The notes beneath the pieces are model-generated. The model worked only from the letters and a program-made list of their open reading frames with translations. It did not search any database and was not told where the DNA came from. Positions 26,611 to 38,846 of a stretch of 64,000 bases of DNA are shown piece after piece (the stretch's first letter is position 1; each line of letters begins with the position of its first letter). This DNA comes from Trichoplax sp. H2 (taxonomy: Eukaryota), in assembly GCA_003344405.1 (NCBI GenBank), contig NOWV01000234.1, positions 1-64,000 on the forward strand, written 5' to 3'. A program made the translations under genes and the position numbers.

Positions 26611-29600
26611 ATGGGTAACCATATGAATAAACTTGATAAACTCTCTGTAGATGAAAAAACTGTTCTATGTCAACTCGCCGAAGTAAAACGTAAAACTAAC
26701 GATCTTCAAACGGCGAGATTCTATTATGAATTAGTCGCTAAACAAATGCTGGCTAAAAATGCTAAACACGGCGGACAAGAAGAAAATTTATGTTACATCT
26801 ACTATTTGCTATCGAAAGTTTGCTTACTAGGCAAGGAACTCTTGCTATCTGAGAAATACAATCGAAAAGCAGAAACAATTGCTCAAAAAATGAATGACCA
26901 ACCTCGAATTGCTGAACTCTTGGATATACGAGGTGATATTAGACGGCTTGAAGGTAAATATGAACAAGCTATTGAGGACTTGGAGAAATCGCTCCAGATA
27001 AAGTTTCAAATAGTCGGAGCCAGCGATAGATCAACAGGTTACACTTATTATAAATTGGGAAAAGTTTATTTTGAACAATCGAAATACGACCAGGCTATGT
27101 CGCTTTACCATAAAGCTATGGATACTAGAAAAAATTCATTTGATGAAGATGATGCTGAATTACACCACGATGTGGGACTCGCTTATTCGAGATTGCTTCT
27201 ATACGACAAAGCTGAAAAGATGTTTAACAAAGCATTAAATATAAAATCAAATTTGCCTGAAACCAACGAAAAGAGTATTGGTAATTCGTGTCACTGCTTA
27301 GGCGTTATTTATTACCGTCAATCAAAATATGAAATGGCACTAAGGATGCATCAACGTGTTTTAGCAATCATGATAAAAAGTCCTGGTAAAAATCATTCCG
27401 GTTTTGCTAGATCATACTTTCAGCTTGGAGTTACATATTTTAAATTAGCCAAGTATGATGAAGCCTTGGATATGCATAAAAGAGCTTTACATCTTTGGCC
27501 ACAAATGGGGAAGGGATATCAAGTAAATGTTGCCGCATCGTTTGAAAAATTAGGGATTACCTACCATCACTTATGTCGATATGTAGATGCTATCTCAGCT
27601 TTTGAAAAGGCCTTGAAAATTTGGTGTGAATTGTATGGAAGTCAGCACATGAAAGTTGCAACTAGTTATAATAATATTGGAATAGCTTATGGTCGTCTAT
27701 CACAACACGACAAAGCAATAGATATGTATGAAAAGACCATGAAAATTTTAATCCATTTAGGTAGGGAAGGTCTCGCTCAGATGGCTATCGTAAGCAGTAA
27801 TTTGAATAAGATTTTGAATGAACAGAATAAAGAGGATAATCACTTTCGCCATAATACTGCAACCAGAGTCCGGATTTGTGATCACAGTTGCAGCACTACA
27901 GTTCAACGACCTAAATCCTATCCAACTGAAACTGAAAATAAAAATTGCGGTAATGTTCAAATTGTATCGTTTCGATATTTTTTAGTCTTTTTATTAGCTC
28001 CATTCGTGGCTAATGCTAAATAAAGATGCTGATATTTTAAAACTAGAAAGTAGAACCAAGTTCTGCCACATGGAATCAAGCATTGACGATGATGAAGAAT
28101 CGTGTATGTTAGCGTTATAGCTAAATGTACTATGCTTTTATCTTAAAATATTTCAGCCATCATCTTCGCTTGCTTATTCTTATGGATAGTCAATGTACCG
28201 GTGTTTCTTAGCTTCAGATTAAGCAATAGTTTGCAATATATTTATTTTAGCAATTGATCACTACGAAAAAATGGGAGACATTTCTAGCTTGGGATGTCTA
28301 GATAACAACCATGAAGAGAATCGAGGTAATAAAGATATTTCATTATTTATAAATTAGCTATTTATTAAGATTAAGGAATAATTTCCAATATATTTATTTT
28401 AGCATTTGACCTCTACGCATCGATGCGAAGCATTACTAGCACTGAAAGTCTAAATGATAACCATGGGGAGAATAGAGGTAATATAGAAGTTTCATTATAA
28501 AAAACTAGTGGAAGACCGCGAGCATTGTTCGTGGTTGACGTATAAAATGCCGTAAAAGAAGTCTATTAACGATAAATATGTACGCGTTTAACATAATAAT
28601 TAAGTTACTATTTTTCGTACTCTAATTTAATTGCAATTACTATATTAGCATTACATTTGCGCGTTTAGCGTATAATTGTGTCACAGAATGATTATATTTT
28701 CATATATACATATGGATAGCTAAGGTATTTCTTAGCGTCAGATTAAGCAATCACTCTAACGTATTTATTTTAGCATCTTACATTAGCGAAATGATGGAAA
28801 ACATTGATAGCAATGAACGTCTAGATAATAATCATGTATGGAGGTAGTATAAAAACATCATTATACTCGTATAAGATTTGTTACATTTACTCGGTTGACT
28901 TACAGTACAACTTTATAATCTATTTAAAAGCGAAAATATAAATCGAATTCATCGAAAAGATGCAATTTATGCTTATAAATGGACTGTTTAACCATCTTTT
29001 TTGATTTTGTTTTGTTTGATAGCTGTAAAATGCAAATTCTATTTCAATATATCGTTTTCTTAACCTTTTATTTCATTTTCTTCTGCTAATACTAGTTCAT
29101 AATTATGAAAATGACCATTTTCAAGCTTTCGTCAAAACATTGAAGGAAGGTGAATGTCGTAGTAATTTTACACGAATTATGATTTTTGGCCCTGACAATG
29201 TTGGAAAATCTTCCATAATGAAACTGTTTACTGAAGAGGGACTTCCTTGCGGTATGGCTCAGACAAACATTACGGGGAACACGAATAAAATGCTTAATGA
29301 GATATTTTACAATATTTGTAACAAAACAGTATGTGATTATCGAAATAGCGTGAATAACAAAATTTTTGATGCAGTGGAGAGGATCAGACAAAAAAACTTT
29401 ATGTCAAATAATGATGGTGGCTCCGAGAGTAATCAAGCATTCAATAATGTACCATCTTCCTCTCCGAATAAAGAAATGGACTCGTCGATCGCAAGGAATA
29501 AAATGCAACACCATTTAGGCTCAAGTTCCTTTTTAATAGCCGACAGCAAACCACTTTTAAAAGAGTCCATTAATTTAGATAGTCAAAGTAACCCTTTAGA

Positions 29601-31362
29601 CCAAAGTATAGACAGCAATGGAGAGTCTGTATTTCTTTGGCAGCATGCAGATACACCTCTTATGGCAAGTCTTCAAATTAATTTCTTAGACATTTACAAA
29701 GAATTATGTCAGCGCCAATTGCAAATGTCTAATTTGGCGGATACTGAAGACTGCCAATATGGGAAATTGTGGGATTTTGGTGGCCATTCTATTTACAATG
29801 TTACTCATCAACCCTTCATATCAGCTAATGGTATCTATATTCTTGTCTTCAATATTGCTCACAATATCAACGATAAAATAGTAAAAAGAGATGGCTTCAT
29901 AAGCGATATGACCTATTTACAAGTTGTGCAGGAATGGTTAACTTCTATTATTGGCACAAATAGCTGTCGGGAAAAGATCCAAGCAAAACGCGATCAGCAT
30001 ACAGAAGAATACTGCCTGCCGGTGGTTATTTTGGTTGCCTCTCACGCTGATAAGATTGAAAGAGAATTGGAACAAATTAGAAGATTTAAACGATTTGAAC
30101 AGGCTCTTATTTCAAATCTACCAGCGTATCGATGCAATATCTATTCCTCCCAAATTATATTTAACTGCAATCCAAAAGATAATTGCCAGTCTGTAGTCGA
30201 ACAACGACGAGAATGCTGTCGCCGTTTACATCATATCATTAATAAGCTTGCAACATCAATATCGTTCATACGCAATGCAGTTCCAATTCGATGGTATGTT
30301 ACAGCAGAAATTATGTATGTCATAGCCAATAAACGATTAGAGCAAGAGCCTAGCTGTGCTAGTAGCAATGGTCTAGAAAAGGGTAGAAAGATCGTAAGGG
30401 AGGAAGAAGTACGCCAGTTAGCACGAGATTATGGACTGTATGAGAATGATGAAGATTTACGCTCTATGCTGCAGTACCTACATGATCTTGGCGAAATTGT
30501 ATACTGTCCTACAGGGACAGTCGATGGGATTGTTGTGCTAGAAGTAGATTGGTTATTAAATATCTTTCGTGAAACTATTTATTTAGATACATGTTTATCC
30601 AAAACTGCAACCGTAATTGACGATTATCGACAAGCGGTAATTACTGGTAAGATATCGAAGAAATACTTTGATTATATGCTACAAGGATTTGATTTAGATG
30701 AGCATGATAGGGAATTGGTATTAAAATTAATGGTAAAGTATGATATCATTTGTCCTATTCAGTCTGATGATAAACAAAATCCACTAGATCAACTCTATTT
30801 TGTACCCTACTTACTTCAGCCTGATGTAGAATATTTTGATTTAGCAAGATATACTCTATCCGATTGGCTGTATATTGGATACGCGCGCAGCGATATTCCT
30901 TATATCTCAGATAGCATTTATTACAGCCTGCTTTCATCGTGCTCGAAAGAATGGAATAATTCTTTAGTGAAATTATATCATCATGGCGCTAAATATTACT
31001 TGAAAGATAGTTATTCCTATATCATTATTGAGAAAGGTCAATCTCATATTGGGATTCAATATTATTATCAGAATGAGCATGAAGATAAAGATCTCCGTGT
31101 AATTATGAAAACTGTAAAAGAATTCATTCACATCAAGCGTCCTCAAGATTTAATAAGAAAGAAGCTAACGGCAATAGTCAAGCAAAGACTACCTAAATTC
31201 AAGAGCGTAGACAGCGGATTTTATGTTTCATGTATCATATGTCAACAATTTACTCGCATAGAGCCTGATAAAAAATTGAGTAATTTCAATTTAGTTCATT
31301 GCATTCACTGTAATTTGAAATTTAACAGCTTATCAATTAGTGATTGGATGCTTTACAAGTAG
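26611..31362 (+). CDS. Roco-family protein 1: TPR - Roc GTPase (with large insertion) - COR - C4 zinc ribbon; no death domain seen; ~1270 aa
   Basis: Predicted exons 26611-27949, 28047-28103, 28251-28325, 28403-28477 and 29096-31362, all joined by phase-1 GT-AG introns. G1 GPDNVGKSS, G3 WDFGGH..Y..THQPF, G4-like VASHAD, COR motifs LQYLHDLGEIVY and YFVPYLL, terminal CxxC-x19-CxxC. Confidence 0.82.
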
Positions 31363-31457
31363 TTAGCTCATTGCTTTTCAAAATTTATTTCTAGGCAATT
31401 TTATATAATTACAATGGTTATTTTATAAAATGACTGGATAGCTTTAATAATGAGTTA

Positions 31458-32058
31458 TGATGAATTAGGCTCTATGCTGTAGTACCTACATGATCTTGGC
31501 GACATTGTGCAATATCCTAAAGGAACAGTCAACGGGATTATTGTGCTAGAGGTAGCTTGGTTATTAAGTATCTTTCGTGAAACTATTTATTTAGATACAT
31601 GTTTATCCAAAAGTGCAACCGTAAGTTACTATTATCAGCAATCGGTTACCATTGGTAAGATATCCAAGAGATACTTTGATTATATGCTACAAGGATTTAA
31701 TTCATACGCGTATGATAAGAGATTGGTATTAAAATTGATGGTAAAGTATGATATCATTTGTCCAATTCAATCTGATGATAGACAAAATTCACTAGATCTA
31801 CTCTATTTTATACCTTCTTTACTTCAGCCTGATGCAGAATATTTTGATTTAGCAAAGTATACTCGATCCAAATGACTGTGTATTGGATACGAGCATAACG
31901 ATATTCCATATATCTCAGATAGCATTTACTACTGCCTGCTTTCATCGTGTTCGAAAGAATGGAATCATTCTCAACTAGAATTATATCACCAATTTAATAA
32001 ATATTACTTGAAAGATAGTTATTCCTATGTCATTATTAAGAAAGATCAATCTCATATT
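31458..32058 (+). pseudogene. Partial tandem duplicate of the COR-coding region
   Basis: Aligns with ~30448-31050 (SML*YLHDLGDIV...KKDQSHI). In-frame stops at ~31480 and 31873-31875. No Roc domain or start codon. Confidence 0.9.
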
Positions 32059-35000
32059 CGGTACGTAAAAGAGATTTAAAATCTTAATAGTTACTACCGT
32101 ATTAAAAATCTGCAATATCTGTTACACTTTTTATGACTACTCGTTCAACTATTGAGCTAGCCAGCGAATATACTCTCCGACCTATCGGTTATACCAGTTA
32201 ATTACTACTATACTATACTAAAATATACGAGTGTACGTAAAATCACAACAATATCATATCTAAATCAACTATTGTAATTTCAATAAATATGGGTGACTAA
32301 ATTATTTTATGTTCGTAAAAGAGATTTAAAATCTATATATTACCCGTAGCAAATATTCTGTAAAATGATATTTCATTAACTGTCTTAATTTAGGTAAATA
32401 TAAAGTGACTACGTTATTCTGAGTTCGTAGCAGAGAATTAAAATCTGAATAGTTATAGTAGGAATCTGTAATAGAATATCTTACAGCGGTCATAATTTAG
32501 ATCAATACAAGGTGATATGATTGTTCTAATTTCACTATTTTTCTAAAATAAACTTCATTTAGGGGAAATTAGCATATAGATACCTATACGATCGTATTTC
32601 TATGTCTTGTTTTTAATAGCTATCTACGTATGTTGGTCTTTAAATCCCATCCGGAAATTATTGGTGAAATCACGATCATGAATTTTAGAATGAAACTGAA
32701 ATTCGATTCATTAAGTACCTTAGGAGCAATGATTCAATGACATCATAAAGTCTTTGTAATTATTGCTTTAGTAAATTTAACCTAGCAAGTAAATGTAAAG
32801 ATTTGTAATTTAAAATTCTTTCTTTAGTCTACTTTAGTCGTAAAGATTACTTTCTTTTACTGTTAAAAGAAATCGTAAATCGGTAGGAATTGTAAGAAAA
32901 TCAAGGGTATCGATGAAGGTTATGATTTAGTCATTGTAGCTTAACAACGAATAAATTATTAGAAAAGCGAACACCTTTCATATATTGTATCACTATAGAA
33001 AATGCATTTATTCTAGCCGTGAGGTACAGCACTAAATGCTAAGGATTGTCACTCAATTTCAAATTTAGGTAGCATTCTTTGATCTATGTAATACTTGACT
33101 TTTATCCAGAAGTCTTTTTACGTATAGTGCTAGAGCTACTTGGCCGTTGAGACTAATTGCATGCAGAATATTGTAGTCAATATAGATATTCCAGTATTGT
33201 CGTACTAAAAATATCTATGCGTGCAAAGGTTTTTCAACATAACTCAGAGTATTTCATATGATATTGCCGTCCATAAGTATCAGTAGACTAATTACATCAA
33301 TGAAGTACTCTGGCAATACTCTCGTATAATATAGCAAATGTGTATATTAAGATTTAAATAAAAGATACCAATCAACCGCTAATATTAAAAATAAAATTCA
33401 AATTGAAAATGTGTTTATCACTGAATATCGTGGCTTAAAAAATTGAGGAGCGAGGTTTTCACGACTGTTTTCGACTAACTTGAGACCAGATCTTTATTCG
33501 ATTTAACCCCATTCTTTCTAGCATACTGAGGATCAGTGTGATAATAATTATTTGCTATTCTAAATATGGCTTTTGATGTATGTTACTGGTTTTATTGTAG
33601 TTAATTCTTGAGATTCATCTATCTTATAGTGGTTGGAGGTAAATATTGTCGCTAGAAAATTTCATCTTGCTACTATACGTATTTCATAGTTTTGATAAAA
33701 TTAATCATCAATTCAACTGAGTCAACTAAAGATAAGTTTGGTTAGCAATCATCTGCTGGGGTCTTATACGATGAAGTCCTAAAGTAGGGGTATAGTAATA
33801 AAATAGGTTCGAATAGACAGATTATATTATTTTTGTTTATTCTCTATCACTTTCTACTGACTCTGCTTCTAGATTTCTATTTATTGCTACAAATGCGGGA
33901 TTTGCTACAGAGTTCAAAGCTTTACAGATTCTTTCTAGTAACTTGCTAGGTGCATAACTCAAATATGGACAATCTTCTACCGTCAGTAAATCGTGTTTAA
34001 GGTATATTTCTAATCCAATTAGACTAATAGTTAATTCATAAATTGCATTTTCGCAATTTCTTGCAGATAATTTGTTTTATAAAAACAGTTATTGGCGAGT
34101 ATGGTCATTAGAAAGTTTTATCTGGCTTTATTGGTGGCTTGTTTTTGACTTTTTTAAGCTAACTTGAAGCAAACTCTTTTGCTCAATTGAGCTGAATTAT
34201 ACCTAGTATGCTTAAAAATTTTTCAATGGGAGGTTCTCGAATGAGATTAATGCTAACTACTCGTATAGTTATTTTATTACTTCAAGTATAATCATTGATA
34301 TATATTGCCAGGTATTGTTACAAATCTCATCGGAGTATAGGGTTCCAAGTCTTTAACTAATTACTGTAGTGTATTTTGTAGTGCAACCAATTCATATTAA
34401 ATCATAACAAGTATATTTTACGCACTTTTTACAGATCATTTGTTTCATAACAACAGTTGCTGGCAATAATCGTCATTAGAATATTCTATCTAACTCTATT
34501 AGTCATTTACTTCATGATTACTTTAAACCAACTTGTGACAAACTCTTTTTCTCCTTTAAATCAAATTTTATCTAGTACGCTGAGAATAGTTTCAACGGCG
34601 GATTCTTTAATGAGAGTATTGCTAGCTATAATTATTTTACTACTCCAAGTATGATTATTGAAGTATGCTGCCTCATATATTTTACACATTTTTAAAGATA
34701 GTTTGTTTTATAGTAATAATTATTGGCAAATATTGCCATTCGAATGCTCCATCTAACTCTATCGATTATTTATTTAATGGCTCTTATGAATAAATTTGAG
34801 TCAAGCTCTTTTCCTAGATTGAACTGAATCTCACCTAGTATGTTAAGAATATTTTTCAATAGCGGGTTCTTGAATGAGAGTAAGGCTAACTATAATGATG
34901 TTGTTACTGCAAGTATGATTAATTAATTATTGACGTATGTTACCCTGACATATTTTACATATTTCTTACAAACAATTTGTTACACATTTTACCTCGTATG

Positions 35001-35516
35001 CTTTTATAGTAATACTTGCTGGCAAATAAAAATATTTCCAATAACGGGTTCTCCAATGAGAGTAAGGCTAATTATAATTATTAAAGTATGTTGGCTGGTA
35101 TATTTGACGCATTTCTTACAGTAAATTTGTTTTACAACAACAGTTGGGTACAAGTGTCGTTATTAGAAAGTTTTGTCTGACTCTAACGCTTATTTATTTT
35201 ATGACTATTTTAAACAAACTTGAGATAAGCTCTTTTGCTCAGTTGAACTAAATTTTACCTAGTACGCTGAGAGTTTAGCTACCCATTCAGAGTCTTAGAT
35301 CCTTAGAGTTAGATTAAGTCATGACAGTTATTCAATAAAGGAATAGTCAATTTCTAATTGTCTAGTGTGTCCTAATTGCTAGTTCCACAAGGATATAACA
35401 AGAGTATTTTATAACAACGAAATCTCGAGTGAAAGTAAAGCTAACGATGATGATGTCGTTACTCCAATCATGATTATAGACATATATTACCATGGTATAT
35501 TCTACGTATTTCTTAC

Positions 35517-36068
35517 TGTCACAATTTCACTTCTGCGACAAGGTAACGTACAGTAAAAGTCTATAAGTAGTTGCTGACTTAAACGCCCTTTTACTTAACG
35601 TTAAATACATTCAGTAAAAGACTGTAAAGATGAAACTTTTATTAGCAAAGATACATCTACAACTTTTTACCACCCCACTCAACTCAAATGTTCCCGTTTA
35701 TATAGGAACCGCCTAATTTGTAAACAACAACAGTATTATTATTATACCTTACTAGGAGAAACATCTCGAACTGAGATGTTCCTTACATAGCTTTTCTATC
35801 AGTAAATATTTTGAAACTCTTACTCATACTTAATCTTAATCTAAGCTCGTAGGTTGTCTAATTCAACTATCATCAACTAGAACTTGAATCATCTTACTGC
35901 TATCTGTCACATAATTACAATCAATATCAAATATGTAATGAACTATTACAAACAACATCCACGTTAAGTCATTACTTATCTTACCTAGCACTACAAATAT
36001 GGATATTCTCCATACTAGCTACTACTGCACTTATTTAACTATCCTAATAACAAGGCAACATTGTAACA
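35517..36068. mobile_element. Solo LTR (552 bp) with 5-bp target-site duplication
   Basis: Termini TGTCACAAT...ATTGTAACA (TG..CA, 8/9 inverted match) are flanked by CTTAC direct repeats (35512-35516 and 36069-36073). Removing the element restores the satellite consensus TTTCTTACAGATA.TTTGTTTTATA. Confidence 0.85.
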
Positions 36069-37852
36069 CTTACAGATAGTTTGTTTTATAATAAGCGTTG
36101 TTGGAAAGTATCGTGATTGGAATATTTCATTTATATCTCGGTTATTTGTATGATGACTATATTAAAATAACTTGAGACTAGCTCTTTTGCTTGATTGAAT
36201 CAAATTTCATCTAGTACCCGGTATGCTGAGAATATTTTCAATATAATTTGTTTTATAATAACAGTTGTTGGCAAATACTTGCAATGAAGGTTAATATTTA
36301 GTATTCTCCTTCATAGAGTATTTCTTTTTATTTGGTAGATTTAATGATGAACTGCAACGTAATTTAAGATTTTAATGTAATAGCTCGTAAATAATATCTG
36401 AATTAGTTTAGATGGTTGTGGATGGATTGTGTCAACCAGTATGATGTGAACCTGTCCACTGTAGTTAATGTTACGAAGATGTAAGATGTTAATATGGTTA
36501 ATGATATTTAAGTACTTGATTAATCATCGTTGATTATATATTTCGATTATTGATGACCAGTCAATAGATATCCTGTAATATTTACACAAACTGCGTCCTT
36601 TTAATTTGTAACTGACTCCCGACTAAGGAATGTTGAATATTGCATTGTATGATTATATTACGATTGTAACTGATTACTTAATATCGATGATAGCTGATAA
36701 TGATTGTTAATTGATAATATTCGTTTACCGTAGGATTTTAAGATTAACTTTATATATGTTAACCGATGTGATGTGATATATATGTATGTACTATATAGAA
36801 GGGAATCGTAGAGTATAATCTGTACTAAGATATGTACGATTGATCGCTAGTATCCTAGTTGGTAACTATTTTTAGCTTACTTTAGAATTTATGATTCTTA
36901 GTAGAGAGACCATCAACTGTTCTGTGAAGCACATAAAATGGTGGTGTAGTCGAGAATACTTTAGTTTTGTTTTGCTGCAGTTCCTGGGTCTATTGAAATC
37001 GTGGATTAACTACTTAGAAGTTGATTGTTGAGATAAAGTAATTATTGAATCAGAAGTCGTAAGTTTCTCAGTAAGCTGTAATAATATCTTCTTTAAGTAG
37101 CGTAAAGTATTTTAAGATAGACGATGATAGAAGGTATAAAGGATTTTATTGAGATACAAGTTACAGGCTAACAATGATATGGTTGTTATAGATAAGGTAT
37201 TTGAGATAGCAGGAACGTAGGAACTGACTAACGAGTTAGCGTACAAGGGTATTTATAGGTTTTAGATGGGATTGAGATAATGTCTTTATATGTATAGCAT
37301 GTCGTCTATATGTGGTCATGATGTCGTACATTATGAATGTAATACAATACAGTACTTAAACGGCATATGATAAGTATTCGTATATTAGGATATTACTATA
37401 CTAGGCGTCTTCTATATAAGATCATAATGTTACAAGCGTTATAGATATTGTCGGTTATAAGCTTTAAAATATGTTTAGAATTTAGCCACATTGTTATACC
37501 TATTTTTTGCAAAACTCACTGATTACTGTGAGTGGCTTGATAGATAAAATATAGTAAATAAATCAGTTTTATCCCCTAATCTCCGCCTTATTTCAAAGTC
37601 CAGTCATAAAGCAATTTAGTAACACTAAATTTTTATATATTTTCATCGAACTCTTTCGTTTATTTGTTTTATGACTATATTAAACTAACTTGAGAGAAGC
37701 TCCTACGCTCAATTGAATCAAATTTTACCGGGTATACTAAAAATAGATTCAATAGCGGGTTTTGTATAAGGCTAACTATATTTATTTTACTACTGCAAGT
37801 ATGATTCTTGATATTTGTAACCTGGTATGCTCTAGATATTTCTTACAGGTAA

Positions 37853-38039
37853 TCCCATCCACCCCGCCCTTGAAACGAGCAGCGCGGGGGTAATTATACT
37901 ACTGTTAGATGACTTTGATTATACATGGTATAAAGTTACTGAACCTCTGGCAGGTCTATGACAAATGATAATACAGTACTATCTGCTAAATGAGCGTATT
38001 ATCGTAAACCGTCAGCAAAGCGATGGGAGTTTGTACTAG
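37853..38039 (+). mobile_element. Short non-autonomous Helitron-like element
   Basis: Starts with TC after an A and ends with CTAG before a T. Subterminal hairpin CCGTCAGCAAAGCGATGG lies 9 nt before the CTAG. No TSD; removal restores the satellite unit CTTACAGGTAA|TTTATTTTAAAATAA. Confidence 0.75.
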
Positions 38040-38545
38040 TTTATTTTAAAATAAGAGTGTCGTTGGCAAGTATCGTTATGAGAATATTTTATCCAGCTAC
38101 AAGTATGAAAGCCAACCTGATTACTGTGGACTATGAAGGTGCCCAAAGATGGCTACTATAGGATGGCAAAGAGTTCAATGCCAACTTGTGGTTATTTATC
38201 TAACATGAGGTGTACATATTTGAAAGAATGAGACTATGAGTATAAATTAAACTCATTAGCGTAGTATCGTGTAAGCTTTGAAAACGATAAATAAACCACC
38301 AAGACTTGATTTAAGCTAAAATGATGTAATCATTTATGCTTGCATGCACTACTAACAAGTCATGAAATACGAGTACTTTCGAGGTTTTCTACGATTAGCA
38401 AAATAAAATGGCGTACTACTGTTTGGCAAACTAATGATGTTTAGATGTATCATAGATAAGCACAACTTGTCATGTAGACCATCCAATTGGAAATTCAATT
38501 CTATTGGCAAGAATTTTAAAATAGTCTGATGATCCTTTGACGTCA

Positions 38546-38846
38546 CTAGTACAAACTCCCGTCACTTTGCTGACGGTTTACGATAATGTGCTCATTTAAC
38601 AGATAGTACTGTATTACCATTTGATAGACCTGTCAGAGGTTCAGTAACTTTATACCGTGTTCTGTATGCTGTAGAAATGTACCTAAACTTGACGAGCTGA
38701 AATGAATCAAATTAGTGCATATTATCTCTCAATTTAAATTTGTTTAAATAATATTGTCGCTATCGTCATATCTTAACCTGTTATGCCATTGTCATGAGAT
38801 ATATTGCTATAGAGTAATCCGTATGAAGAAAAGCGGCAGGGGTAGA
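38546..38846 (-). mobile_element. Second Helitron-like element of the same family, opposite orientation
   Basis: 38546-38660 is the reverse complement of 37923-38039, with a perfect hairpin CCGTCA-GCAAAG-TGACGG followed by CTAG|T. The 5' end is tentatively A|TCTACCCCTGCCGCTT at 38846, which resembles TCCACCCCGCCCTT of the first copy. Confidence 0.65.

Larger units (their letters stand above)
33886..38100. repeat. Degenerate ~200-350-bp tandem repeat array (includes block A) interrupted by insertions
   Basis: Recurring anchors CTTACAG.TA.TTTGTTTTATA..A...GTTG.TGGCAA, AGCTCTTTTGCTCAATTGA, CTAGTATGCT, GGGTTCT and GCTAACTAT at about ten positions. Confidence 0.8.

Noticed and set aside
29140..31362. 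NACHT/NB-ARC (STAND ATPase) assignment for the P-loop ORFs
   Set aside because: WDFGG (G3), HQPF, SHAD (G4-like) and LHDLGEIV/FVPYLL are Roc-COR signatures. No Walker B hhhhDD or other STAND motifs were seen.
37923..38660. MITE with ~115-bp terminal inverted repeats
   Set aside because: Each arm ends inward in hairpin + CTAG|T, the interior continues the host satellite, and no TSD is evident. Two convergent Helitron-like copies explain it better.
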